From Octopus vulgaris (taxonomy: Eukaryota): a DNA stretch of 64,000 nt. A program made the translations under genes and the position numbers. Every line of letters starts with the position of its first letter. The first letter of the stretch is position 1. The notes under the pieces were generated by a model. That model saw nothing but the letters and a program-made list of their open reading frames with translations. It did not search any database and had not been told where the DNA came from. Below, piece by piece: positions 1-12,797 of the stretch. The DNA lies in NCBI GenBank assembly GCA_951406725.2, contig OX597817.1, forward strand, positions 169,012,001 through 169,076,000. The letters are read 5' to 3'.

Positions 1-595
1 TGTCTGTGTGTTTCCTTATTGACAGATTATATCAAGATGTTCAAGTAATTTCTTTCTGTACATAGAGATGTTTTTTGCTAAGTTATTTCCTATTAATATA
101 TATTTACCTTGTTAAAAAGCCAGGTGTACCACTAATTCATATCTACGGCTATGAAAGATTCTAAAGACATCTCTGTCACCTGATGCAGACCTTCCAGCCA
201 AGCATATTCCTGTGTTCTCGATATAATTTCTTTGATAGGACTGTATATATGTGTATGTTGTATTTCCTTCTCAGTAAACCTTTTAAAACATAGCAATAAT
301 TTGTTCAAATCTTTGGAGTAGAACATGAAATATCTAAGAGAAGCAATTTTGGAGAAGAAAAACTCACAATTAATTGTAGGAAAAAAAAAACTCTAGAAGT
401 ATTTGTCATTTCTCTTTTTCTTGAAATGACAAATAAATTATATAGAAATCACTTATTTATGAAAATTGCCAGAAATGTCCCCATATACGGCATGTAACCT
501 TGGCAACGGTATGCATTCTCACTTGATTTTCCAATAAAAGCATTTTATTGTGAGAAGATGCTTAAGAAAGATAGTATGTCTGTTTTTGCATGCTC

Positions 596-626
<31 letters not shown>

Positions 627-639
627 CATATATAAGTAT

Positions 640-687
<48 letters not shown>

Positions 688-698
688 TATATATATAT

Positions 699-746
<48 letters not shown>

Positions 747-810
747 ATATATATGTATATACATATATGTATATATATATATCTTATATATATATATATA
801 TATATATATA
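596..810. repeat. (TA)n/(TACA)n compound microsatellite
   Basis: Directly visible; produces the spurious YI-rich ORFs. Similar tracts recur at 7819-7917, 25258-25602, 27925-28618, 52518-52612 and elsewhere. Confidence 0.95.
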
Positions 811-1150
811 TTGGGTCATAAATAATGCACTTTTTTTACACTTCTTTTATTTTTCAATATTAAGATAAACAAACTTCTTTTTTAATCTAAAATATCCTCT
901 CCTTCATTTTCTACAATGCCCTTCCATCTCTCTGGTAGACTTGCAAGGCCCCTCTTCCAAAATTCACTTGTCCGTGATGAAAATTACTCCTCCAGTTCTG
1001 TTCTGACCTTGTCTACAGAATTCATATTTTTTCCATCCAAATGATTTTGAAGAATAAATGATAATCAGATGGGGAAATATCTGGTGAATATGGTGGGTAG
1101 GGCATTGTTTCCCATTCAAACTGCTCCAGCCTTTGGAATGTCATCCACCC
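811..1150 (-). mobile_element. mariner transposase 3' fragment (degenerate)
   Basis: Minus-strand translation LEQFEWETMPYPPYSPDISPSDYHLFF matches the mariner HPPYSPDLAPSDYHLF motif; abuts (TA)n. Confidence 0.8.
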
Positions 1151-1195
1151 CATATATATATATGGGGGAGGGGTATATATATATATATATATGTA

Positions 1196-1460
1196 CTGTT
1201 GTGTCTGGGGAGAGTCATTTTCTTTTTGTGCCTTATAATGTAACACACTCACCGGTAAAATTTCCACTTTTTTCTTATTTTTATTTTCCTAAAATTTTCA
1301 TTGCGTCTTGCAAGCTTTTCAATAGTTGTGACTCTTGGAAAGGTTGCAAGATGCAACGAAAATTTTAGGAAAATAAAAATAAGAAATAAGTGGAAATTTT
1401 ACCAGTGAGTGTATTACATTATAAGGCACAAAAGAAAATGACTCTCCCCAGACACAACAG
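1196..1460. repeat. fold-back element (about 125-bp inverted arms) between (TA)n tracts, probable PLE terminal-repeat relic
   Basis: ctgttgtgtctggggagagtcattttc... is the reverse complement of ...gaaaatgactctccccagacacaacag, with only a short central loop. Confidence 0.75.
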
Positions 1461-3774
1461 AATATGCTTCAACACACGAACTCATATAAAGAATCTTGCA
1501 AACCAAATCCCAAAACGAAATATATATATATATATATATATGAAAGGAATGTTCTAGAGACTAAGAGAATTTTTTTAAAATCTTTTTCTTAAAGTGGCCA
1601 CAACTGAAAAACATCTTACAGTGTTGTGCCAGGAATCTCTGTCTTCCATTAGCTTTGGTAGATCCTTAAAATTCCATACCATGTGTGTGTATCCCTACCT
1701 ATAACATCAATATAGTCGAGAGATATTTGCCCTTAATTTGGATATGAGAATCTCCAAAGCATGACATCTGTTATGGCCTGTTATTTAGCACAAAAGCAGT
1801 GACCAACAAAGCCTTTTCTGTGTCAAATAATACTAAAAATAGGTGGAATGTGTCCATTTTTCTCACTTTTGGTCTTGTGCTCATGTCATGAAATGTTTTG
1901 GGTTCTCATGTGAAGCTTGGTGTTTACATATATTATCAAGGTAATCTCAATGTTCCTTCTTCATTGTTCAGATTTCGACCCCATTTAGAAGACTGCTCTC
2001 TACATATGCCCTGAAGAAGGCAAGCTTTGTTGTCTTTGAATTACTTTTTTGCCAAATGTTTTGAAATAGTTCTTCGCATGTCAGGAAATGTTTCTTACTG
2101 TTAGTGATGTAGGACTCAAGGTACTTGAAACCACTGATCACCTATAGGTGCATACCATTGTTGGAAAACATTGGCTAAGTGGCTTTCATCTTGATTGAGG
2201 GTCATGTATTCAATTTTTGTTATGTTATACATGGAGAAACAGAAAAACCTTGGCTACAGCATTCTCAAAAGAACGTAACAAGTCTTGCACATCACATCAT
2301 GGGCCCAGGAACAGGGTGCCGGGAGTGCAAGCGCAACCCCTAAAATTTTTACAGGATGCAGAATCAAGATTTGTGCCCCCACTTACTTTTCTCAGGTTTA
2401 ATAAAAAGTGATCTATAAAAAGTAGCTTGAAGTTAGGTTTCTTTGCAATGGACAAAGAACAAAACTAAATATAAATTAAACACAATGAGACTTTGTAAAA
2501 GTTTTGGACCTGGGTTGGCACCCCCTATTCAGATTTCGTTTTTGAGCCAGTGCATCATACAGTTGATGAACTGTGAGGGTAAGACCATCAGCATAAGCTA
2601 AGTCAGAGAGATACATATTCTACTGACATCTTGATCACGTCTGCTTGATGGTGAGGCCTTGAATAGGGTCAAGACTTTGCCTAAAGATGTAGTCCACAAC
2701 ATTTGCAATATATATATATATTAAAATAATCATATACTGGAACCAGTAATGGAACTGAGGGCTGGTATGCATGAGTATAGCTTCTACCTCAATTATTTTC
2801 CTTTTCAACCTCAACCCTAATCCTAAAATACATTCCTATCACTGAGACACAACTGTATTTCTGAAAACTGGCTGCATTAAGAGAGACACAGGTAGGGAAT
2901 AAGCAATTCAAATTTACTTAAATTATATATCATCATTGTTTTAATGTCCATTGAGTTTATTGAGACAGGGTTTATTGAGGCAAATTCTTCTATGATTTGA
3001 TGCCCTACCTATTGCCAACCCTTATTTCCAAGATAATATTTCCCCATGGCCAGACATATCTTTGCAGATTATTAGAAATGAATGATATTCATTTACAATT
3101 ACATGATATCAAAATGAGGTGACACGATCATGCTCACACTCGCATACATATACATACATGCATACACATGTACAAACACACTCATACACAAGCACACACA
3201 CATGACAAGGTTCTTTCAGTTCCTATCTACCAAATCCACTCACAAAGCATTAATCAGCCCAGGGACACTCAGGTTATATACATTCACAATAAAACCATAA
3301 ATCCCGGGGCATCAAAATTAGGGTGAAACTTCACAGACTTCAAATTTCTCCCATATAAGCATAAAATAGTTACTGCAAAGTGCATCAACAAGTACAGCTT
3401 TAACTATACCCATTGTTATTAATATGATTTTCCAACTATATCAGGAATATGCCATGAAACAGAAACCCACCTTGGCCTCAATAAACTAGGCTAATAAACT
3501 TATATAATTTTGTTGTATCTTGGTAGGGTCATTATGCCAATATAAACACATGCACTGATTCTATTTCGCTTCTTTATTATTATTATTATTAGTTAATTGG
3601 TTAACTGTTTAACCAATTAATTAATAAATTGTTTGATTAATTGTTCAGTCAATTAATCAATCAGCTGGGTTTGTCCAAGTCCTTTTTATGCCATTCACAA
3701 CCTCATCAATGACATGTTTGGTCTGCTTCAAGTCTGTCTCATATAATGTTCTGCAAATAAACTGAATTTGTGTG

Positions 3775-3805
<31 letters not shown>

Positions 3806-3890
3806 AGGAGGAGAGAGAGAAGAAGTATCTTTAAAAATATATGTATGAATGTGTGTGTATGTAAATATCCATAATAATAATATGAGCTTA

Positions 3891-4273
3891 TTGTATACAG
3901 TGCTCAGGTACACAACTTAATGGAAAAGGGGTAAAAGAGAGGACAGAAAACAGCAATAAGTCAAGTAAAGAAAGCAGTTAAACCCAAAAGTTGATACATA
4001 AGTACAGAAGATAAAAGTCCAAAACCATGTTTCAGTATTATTAGACCTCCTCAGCAAAACATTGGTTTCACTGTACTTGTCTCCCATTCTGGACAAAATG
4101 ATTAACCCATTTTTCAGATTAGGTACTTATGTACGTACGTTTGGCTTTAACGGTACTTTATGTATGTACTTTTGGCTTTGACTGCTGTCTTTCTTTACTT
4201 GACTTATTGCTGCTTTCTGTCCCCATCTTTTACCCTTTTTCCAATAAGTTGTCTACCTGAGCTCTGTATACAA
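3891..4273. repeat. fold-back element (about 120-bp inverted arms)
   Basis: ttgtatacagtgctcaggtacacaactt... pairs with ...aagttgtctacctgagctctgtatacaa; the spacer holds a degenerate CTGAGGA...GAAACATG motif on the minus strand. Confidence 0.75.
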
Positions 4274-4339
4274 ACTGTAAAAGGTAACTAAATGGATTGG
4301 CATCAGGAAGGGTGTCCATCCACAAAATTTTTTAAAAAG

Positions 4340-4400
4340 CTGGCCGACCAAAGCCTTGTGAGTGGATTTGGTAGATGGAAACTGAAAGAAGCCTGTTGTA

Positions 4401-4440
<40 letters not shown>

Positions 4441-4652
4441 AGTTTGTGTGTCTGTGTTTGTCCCCCCAACATTGCTTGACAACCGATGCTGGGGTGTTTA
4501 CGTCCCCGTAACATAGCAGTTCGGCAAGAGAGACTGATAGAATAAGTACTAGGTTTACAAAGAATAAGCCCTGGGGTCAATTTGCTCGACTAAAGGCGGT
4601 GCTCCAGCATGGCCACAGTCAAATGACTGAAGCAAGTAAAAGAGTAAAGAGA
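4340..4652 (+). mobile_element. SINE family B, 5'-truncated
   Basis: Shares ccttgtgagtggatttggtag...(TA)n...gctccagcatggcc...aagtaaaagagt with the full copy at 15743. Confidence 0.8.
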
Positions 4653-4654
4653 GT

Positions 4655-5082
4655 ACTCCATATAGGTTCCAGTTGATGTGATCAGTGTAACAGCCTGCTC
4701 ATAAAGTTAACAGGCAAGTGGCTGAGCACTCCACAGATATGCATACTCTTAACAAGGTTTTCAGGGAGATCAGCATGCTATGGAATGTGACCAGGCTGGC
4801 CTTTGAAATACAGATGCTACTCATTTTTGCCAGCTGGGGTAACCTGGAGTAACATGAAATAAAGTGTCTCTCCACACCACTGATGTCATCCAAAGGAAAA
4901 GTAAAGGCCGATGCAGCTTGGCACCAATGACATCACAACTCATTTCTACAGCTGAGTGAACTGAAACAATGTGAAATAAAGTGTCTTGCTCAAGAGCACA
5001 ACACACCACCCAGTCCAGGAATCAAACTCACTACCTTATGATTGCTAGCTTGATGCTCTAACCACTAAGCTTTGTGCCTTCA
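4655..5082 (-). mobile_element. SINE family C-related (tRNA-like head)
   Basis: Head ggcacaaagcttagtggttagagcatc on the minus strand; body shared with the copies at 22940, 35146 and 50783. Confidence 0.65.
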
Positions 5083-5271
5083 CATAGGGTAATCTATCTA
5101 CAATCCATCATTGTCCATTGATAATCTACTTATATCACACCAGTGTCCAGTGCTATTCCCCCTACACCACACCTGTGATCTATGGTTTTGCACCTACACA
5201 ATGCCACTAGTGACACTTGGGATTTCTCCTACACTCTATACTACACTGCACTGGTACCAGTAGCTCTCTTA

Positions 5272-5876
5272 TTTCTTTATTGCCCACAAGGGGCTAAACA
5301 TTGAGGGGACAAACGAGGACAAACAAATGGATTAAGTCGATTACATAGACTCCAGTGCATAACTGGTACTTAATTTATCGACCCCGGAAGGATGAAAGGC
5401 AAAGTCGACCTCGGTGGAATTTGAACTCAGAACATAACGGCAGACGCAATACCTATTTTTATTTCTTTACTACCCACAAGAGGCTAAACACAGAGAGGAC
5501 AAACAAGGACAGACAAATGGATTAAGTTGATTATATCGATCCCAGTGCATAACTGGTACCTATTTAATCAACCCCGAAAGGATGAAAGGCAAAGTCGACC
5601 TTGGCAGAATTTGAACTCAGAATGTAACAGCAGATGAAATACTTATTTCTTTATTACCCACAAGGGGCTAAACACAGAGGGGACAAACAAGGACAGACAA
5701 ACGGATTAAGTCGATTACATCGATCCCAGTGCGTAACTGGTACTTAATTTATCGACCCCAAAAGGATGAAAGGCAAAGTCGACCTCGGCGGAATTTGAAC
5801 TCAGAACAAAGCGGCAGACGAAATACTGCTAAGCATTTCGCCCTGCGTGCTAACGTTTCTGCCACCTCGCCGCCTT
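5272..5876 (-). mobile_element. SINE family A with internally triplicated 3' body
   Basis: One tRNA-like head at about 5820-5876 followed (on minus) by three units of about 185 bp, each with gagttcaaattc...gtcgac...taagtaccagtt...gtttagccc. Confidence 0.85.
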
Positions 5877-6506
5877 TGGCTCTCTACCACACCACACCTA
5901 ACCGATGGCCAGCGCTATTTTTCATAACATTAGACACACATAAGCCACCATGGTTTAATCACATTTTCACTAAATCTAATTCAATATGAAATAATTAATT
6001 CAATAATTAACATTCACCTACCCACCCAATTTCTCACCAGATGCACTGTGATGCAGAAAGTGGTGCATCTGATGCTGCATTGTCTGTATAGTCTGCCTGC
6101 TACTGTCATTGCTACAGTTGTTGTTGTTGTTGTTGTTTGTATTATTGTTACTTTGTTGTTATTACAGCTGTTATTACATTTGTTATTGTCATTGTCATCA
6201 TTGCTTTTGTTGATTTAATTAGTATTGTTGTTGTTGTTCATCTTATTGTCATTGTTGTTGGTGTTGTTGTGTGGTCCTTGTAAAAACTCTATAACAAATA
6301 TAACTGTTTACATATTTTGAGCTTGCTTTGTCTTGAGCCTTTAATTCTTGGTGGAATCGTAGAGGATTCCATGGTGACGTACAGCATATCTTAGGCATTT
6401 AAAACCTGGTGTAGCCCCTATCTTTCCATTTCTGATTAAAGCCCCTTTTTTTATATTTGTCTTGAGCCCTAGAATTCCTGAAGCTATCCAATTTCCTTGG
6501 TATATA

Positions 6507-7074
6507 TTGGGTTGTCTGGAAAGTTCATGCCGATTTTTAAAGGAAGGAAAAAGGTCAATAAATTCTTGACATTACATTTTTAATCAACCAAATATGAACC
6601 ATTTTGTTGCACAATGCATCTCCATCTTTCCTTTAACTTGAAAATACTCTCTTCCCAGAATTGAGGTGGTTTCATGGCAAAGAATTCATCAAGGTATCTT
6701 TTTATGTCATCCAAGGAATTGAAGTTTTTACCGTTAAGACTATTCTACAAAGACCTCTGAATATGTGGAAATCCGAAGGAGCAATATCTGGTGAATATGG
6801 AGGTTGGGGTAACACATCCCAGCCGAGCTGCAGCAATTTTTGTCTGGTACCCAAAGCATCAAGTGCCGAAAATGAACTTTCTTATCTTCCATTTTAAAGG
6901 GTTGCAGAATTAACACAGGTTATAGGAACATAAACCTTCTTCCACGAAAAGATAGCTTAAACTATGCCCTAAATAGAGGTGTAGTCAAATCCTATTTTAT
7001 GGACTCAACCATGTTCTAAAATAAGTCGAAAGGTAAGCTACTATAAATCAGCATGAACTTTCCGGACAACCCAT
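6507..7074 (-). mobile_element. internally deleted mariner element with both TIRs
   Basis: TIRs ttgggttgtctggaaagttcatgccgattt / aaatcagcatgaactttccggacaaccca; TA on the left; same family as 40515-41060 in the opposite orientation. Confidence 0.85.
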
Positions 7075-7261
7075 TCACCTAGCCATCACAACATTCCCAT
7101 GAACTGGATGCTGGTCCATTGCAAGATTTAAGGCTAACAATTTTGAGGGGAGGGGATGAGTTGATTACACCAACTCCAGTACTTGACTAGTACCTTATTT
7201 TATCAATATGATAGGATGAAAGGGAAAAGTGACCTCAGTAGGAATTAATCTCTGCAGTTGG

Positions 7262-7599
7262 TCTTATTCCCACTATGCTATGTCAATGACCAATACACTT
7301 AATTGTTTGCAGTCGAGTCTACTAAAATATAAGTTGGTACCACAGTATTATGGTATAATTCACTATACTATGTCAATGGCTAATACATTTAACTGCTTGT
7401 AGTCCAGTCCACCAGACTGTAGGTAGGTACCAAAGTATAGTATAGTTCACTATACTATGCCAATGACCAATATATTTAACTGCTTGTCCAGTCCACAAAG
7501 CTGTAAGTAGGTACCACAGTATGGTGTGGTTCACTATACCATGTCAATGACTAATACGCTTAACTGTTTGTAGTCTGGTCTACCAAGCTGTAAGCAGGT

Positions 7600-7642
<43 letters not shown>

Positions 7643-7816
7643 TATGGATCAAAACAGCTTGATTCAAATTCATTGGTACTCTTGGATTCAAAATGGCTGA
7701 TGACGAGCATCACGCTTGAAACTCAAGAGTCCCAACGAATTTGAATCAAACTGTTTTGATCCATACATGTAACTCCCAGTAGATTGGTTGAGTCCTTCTT
7801 TTGTTTGAACAGTCAG

Positions 7817-7902
<86 letters not shown>

Positions 7903-8610
7903 ATATATATATATATAATTCACTATACTGTGTCATTAACACAGTATAGAACTGCCTGTAGCCTAGTTCCCCAAGCTGTATGTAGTTACCATGGTTATGG
8001 TAGCATTGACTATAGTATGTCAGTGACCATTACATTTAAGTGCTTGTAGTTCAGTCCTTCTACCAGTAAATTAGAGTCACTGTATGTCAAAGGTCACTGT
8101 CCTGCAACCAATTGTGATTAGGGTGTTTGGTTCACAATCCTAACGTCATGGTTTCAATTCCTGGACCAAGCAGTGCTTTGTGTCCTTGGGCAAAATATTC
8201 CAGTTTGCATTGTTTCAGCTTAGTTGAAAATTGGTACGGTACCAGGTGAGTGCTGGTGCAGTATTCTTTCCCTCCATCTCTCACATCCTGGGTCAAAGAG
8301 GGAGAGGATCAAGAGAGTATCTATGTCTGCTGGTAACCATATTAGCATCTAAAACAGTTAGTGAAACAGGGTACATGTTACCAAGCCATTCTCATCAGTG
8401 GGTGACAGCTAGGTCTATTTTACTATGGCTAACATACTTAAGTATTTGTAGTCCAGAACACTTAGCTGTATGTACCTTACTATGTCAATGACCTAGGCAC
8501 TTAAATGTCAAAAGTTTGGCCAACCTAACAGTAAGATATCTGTAGCCTAGTCCCCTTGGTTGTAAGTAGGCACCACAATGTGGTATAGTTCGCTATTGTA
8601 GATATTTCAT
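7262..8610. repeat. degenerate minisatellite of about 83 bp, interrupted by insertions
   Basis: Unit ttcactatactatgtcaatgaccaatacacttaactgcttgtagtccagtccaccaagctgtaagtaggtaccacagtatggtatag seen near 7268, 7358, 7446, 7530, 7919 and in more decayed form to about 8610. Confidence 0.75.
7685..7747 (+). ncRNA. type I hammerhead ribozyme motif inside a fold-back element (7641-7768)
   Basis: Stem I TGG(7694-96)/CCA(7732-34) plus distal GATTCAAA/TTTGAATC; CTGATGA 7697-7703; stem II GAGC/GCTT; GAAA 7718-21; stem III ACT-CAAG-AGT; GTC cleavage triplet 7729-31. Confidence 0.7.
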
Positions 8611-8947
8611 CAATATGAACAACAGTAATGGATTCCCCTGCAGTAAAAATTAGCTGTGATAAACCATTATTCACTCCAGTTATCTCCACATAGTATCTTG
8701 ATCTGCTAAAAACAACAGTCACATCTTCGAATCACACCATACTGTCATAGAAAATAGACAGACTCTAGATAAATGTAATCCTAAATGCACTTATTACCAT
8801 CATGATCATCATCATTTAATGCCTATGTTCTATGCTGACATGGGTTGGATGGTTTGACAGAATCTGATGAGTCCAAGAACTGTATTCTGTTCCAGTTTCT
8901 GCTTTGGCATGTTCTCTATGGCATGTACTGAGTGCTTCTTTCATACC

Positions 8948-9171
8948 TATTTCTTTACTACTCACAAGGGGCTAAACACAGAGAGGACAAACAAGGACAG
9001 ACAAATGAATTAAGTCGATTATATTGACCCCAGTGTGTTACTGGTACTTAATTTATCGACCCCGAAAGGATGAAAGGCAAAGTCGACCTCGGCGGAATTT
9101 GAACTCAGAACGTAGCGGCAGACAAAAAACATTTCGTTCACCGTGCTAACATTTCTGCCAGCTCACTGCCT
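8948..9171 (-). mobile_element. SINE family A with 15-bp TSD
   Basis: TSD tgcttctttcatacc at 8933-8947 and 9172-9186; B-box-like gagttcaaattcc. Confidence 0.85.
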
Positions 9172-9752
9172 TGCTTCTTTCATACCATCAGCAGTATAGA
9201 GGTTGCCATGCTTACTTGAAAGACAAATGCCGAGTGAGTGAGGGTCAGGTTTATGCTAGGGTCGGCTTTATGTGCAATTTCTGAATAAAAGATGGAGGTA
9301 GCCACAACTGGAACACCTTTGATAATAGATCACCTGGATCAGAGCTGACCTGGAGCTAAAAGATAATAACTACTACAAATAGTACTTGTGTCAAACTAGC
9401 AAAGATATTGTGCTATGAACTGGCATGATGTTTCTGGGAATATTCCTTATTCTGTCATGTAGAGAATGGTTACATTCATCATTTTTTTTTTTTTTTATTA
9501 TTATTATTCTTACACCCTGGAAGCAATTCTCTGAAAGAAGGAAATGATAAAAAGATAAAGAAGGAAATAAAATACAAATGCATTTTGTAAGAAGAAAGGG
9601 AAGGATATGTTCAGGTTCTTGCAAAGGCATCGTTAAACAACGGAACATTCTGGGAAACAGTAGAAATAATTTTGGTCACATTTGCACATGCAGCCATTAC
9701 CAGTATTGTAAGTAAATATTAAACAGAATAGCTGAATGCATGCAACAGGGTA

Positions 9753-12700
9753 CCCACCACCACCACCACCACCACCACCGCAACTACCATTACCACCACC
9801 ACTACTACCATTACCACCACTACTACCATTACCACCACCACCACCACTACCACCACCACCACCACCACCACCACTACTACTACTACCACCACCACCACCA
9901 CCACCATTACCACCACCACCACCACCACCACTACTACTACCATTACCACCACCACCCACCACCACCACCACCACTACTACCATTACCACCACCACTACCA
10001 TTACCACCACCACCACCACCACTACCATTACCACCACCACCACTACTACCATTACCACCACCACCACCACTACCATTACCACCACCACCACTACTACTAC
10101 CATTACCACCACCACCGCTACCACCACCACCACCACTACCATTACCACCACCACTACCATTACCACCACCACCACCACCACTACCATTACCACCACCACC
10201 ACTACTACCATTACCACCACCACCACCACTACCATTACCACCACCACCACCACCACTACTACCATTACCACCACCACCACTACCATTACCACCACCACCA
10301 CCACCACTACCATTACTACCACCACCGCTACTACCATTACCACCACCACCACTACTACCACCACCACCACCACCACCACCACTACTACCATTACCACCAC
10401 CACCACCACTACCATTACCACCACCACCACTACTACTACCATTACCACCACCACCACTACCATTACCACCACCACCACCACCACCACCACTACTACTACC
10501 ACCACCACCACCACCACTACCATTACCACCACCACTACCATTACCACCACCACCACCACCACTACCATTACCACCACCACCACTACTACTACCATTACCA
10601 CCACCACCACTACCATTACCACCACCACCACCACCACTACCATTACCATTACCACCACCACCACCACTACTACCACTACTACCACCACCACCACCACTAC
10701 TACTACCATTACCACCACCACCACCACCACTACTACCATTACCACCACCACCACCACTACTACTACCATTACCACCACTACCATTACCACCACCACCACC
10801 ACCACTACTACTACCATTACCACCACCACCACCACTACTACTACCATTACCACCACCACCACCACTACTACTACCATTACCACCACCACCACCACTACTA
10901 CCATTACCACCACCACCACTACTACTACCATTACCACCACCACCACCACTACTACTACCATTACCACCACCACTACTACTACCATTACCACCACCACCAC
11001 CACCACCGCTACTACTACCACCACCACCACCACCACCACTACTACCACCACCACCACCACCACTACTACCACCACCACCACCACCACCACTACTACTACC
11101 ATTACCACCACCACCACCACTACTACCATTACCACCACCACCACCACTACTACCATTACCACCACCACCACCACCACTACTACCATTACCACCACCACCA
11201 CTACTACCATTACCACCACCACCACTACCATTACCACCACCACCACCACCACTACTACCATTACCACCACCACCACTACCATTACCACCACCACCACCAC
11301 CACTACCATTACTACCACCACCGCTACTACCATTACCACCACCACCACTACTACCACCACCACCACCACCACCACTACTACCATTACCACCACCACCACC
11401 ACCACTACCATTACCACCACCACCACTACTACTACCATTACCACCACCACCACTACCATTACCACCACCACCACCACCACCACCACTACTACTACCATTA
11501 CCACCACCACCGCTACCACCACCACCACCACCATTACCACCACCACTACCATTACCACCACCACCACCACCACTACCATTACCACCACCACCACTACTAC
11601 TACCATTACCACCACCACCACTACCATTACCACCACCACCACCACCACTACCACTACCATTACCACCACCACCACCACTACTACTACCACTACCACCACC
11701 ACCACCACCACTACTACCATTACCACCACCACCACCACTACTACCATTACCACCACCACCACCACTACTACTACCATTACCACCACCACCACTACTATTA
11801 CCACCACCACCACCACCACTACTACCATTACCACCACCACCACCACTACTACTACCATTACCACCACCACCACCACTACTACTACCATTACCACCACCAC
11901 CACCACTACTACCATTACCACCACCACCACTACTACTACCATTACCACCACCACCACTACTACTACCATTACCACCACCACTACTACTACCATTACCACC
12001 ACCACCACCACCACCGCTACTACCATCACCACCACCACCACTACTACCATTACCACCACCACCACCACCACTACTACCATTACCACCACCACCACCACCA
12101 CTACTACCATTACCACCACCACCACCACCACTACTACCATTACCACCACCACCACTACCATTACCACCACCACCACCACCACTACTACTACCACCACCAC
12201 CACCACCACCACCACCACTACCACCACCACCACCACCACTACTACCATTACCACCACCACCACTACCATTACCACCACCACCACCACCACTACTACCATT
12301 ACCACCACCACCACCACCACTACTACCATTACCACCACCACCACCACTACTACCACTACTACCATCACCACCACCACCACCACCACCACCACTACTACCA
12401 CCACCACCACCACCACCATCACCACCACTACTACCATTACCACCACCACCACCACCACCACCACCACCACCACTACTACCATTACCACCACCACCACCAC
12501 CACCACCATCACCACCACCACCACCACCACCACTACTACCATTACCACCACCACCACCACCACTACTACCACTACTACCACCACCACCACTACTACCACT
12601 ACTACCATCACCACCACCACCACCACTACTACCATCACCACCACCACCACCGCTACCACCACCACCACCACCACCACCGCTACCACCACCACCACCACCA

Positions 12701-12797
12701 CCACCGCTACCACCACCACCACCACCACCACCACCACTACCACCACCACCACCACCACCACCGCTACCACCACCACCACCACCATCACCACTATCAC
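9753..12797. repeat. 3-kb compound (CCA)n/(CTA)n/CCATTA trinucleotide satellite
   Basis: Directly visible; accounts for all four 950-1050-aa low-complexity ORFs. Confidence 0.97.

Noticed and set aside
105-335. Possible minus-strand exon (AG near 333, GT donor near 108; 64-aa ORF)
   Set aside because: All three frames hit a stop before the donor and the peptide resembles nothing I recognise.
545-868. YI-, CV- and HT-rich ORFs here and throughout the window
   Set aside because: Translations of (TA)n, (TG)n and (CA)n microsatellites.
2010-2140. CTGAAGA...GAAAC hammerhead-like spacing (similar weak case near 48947-48985)
   Set aside because: No convincing stems I and II or cleavage triplet; compatible with chance.
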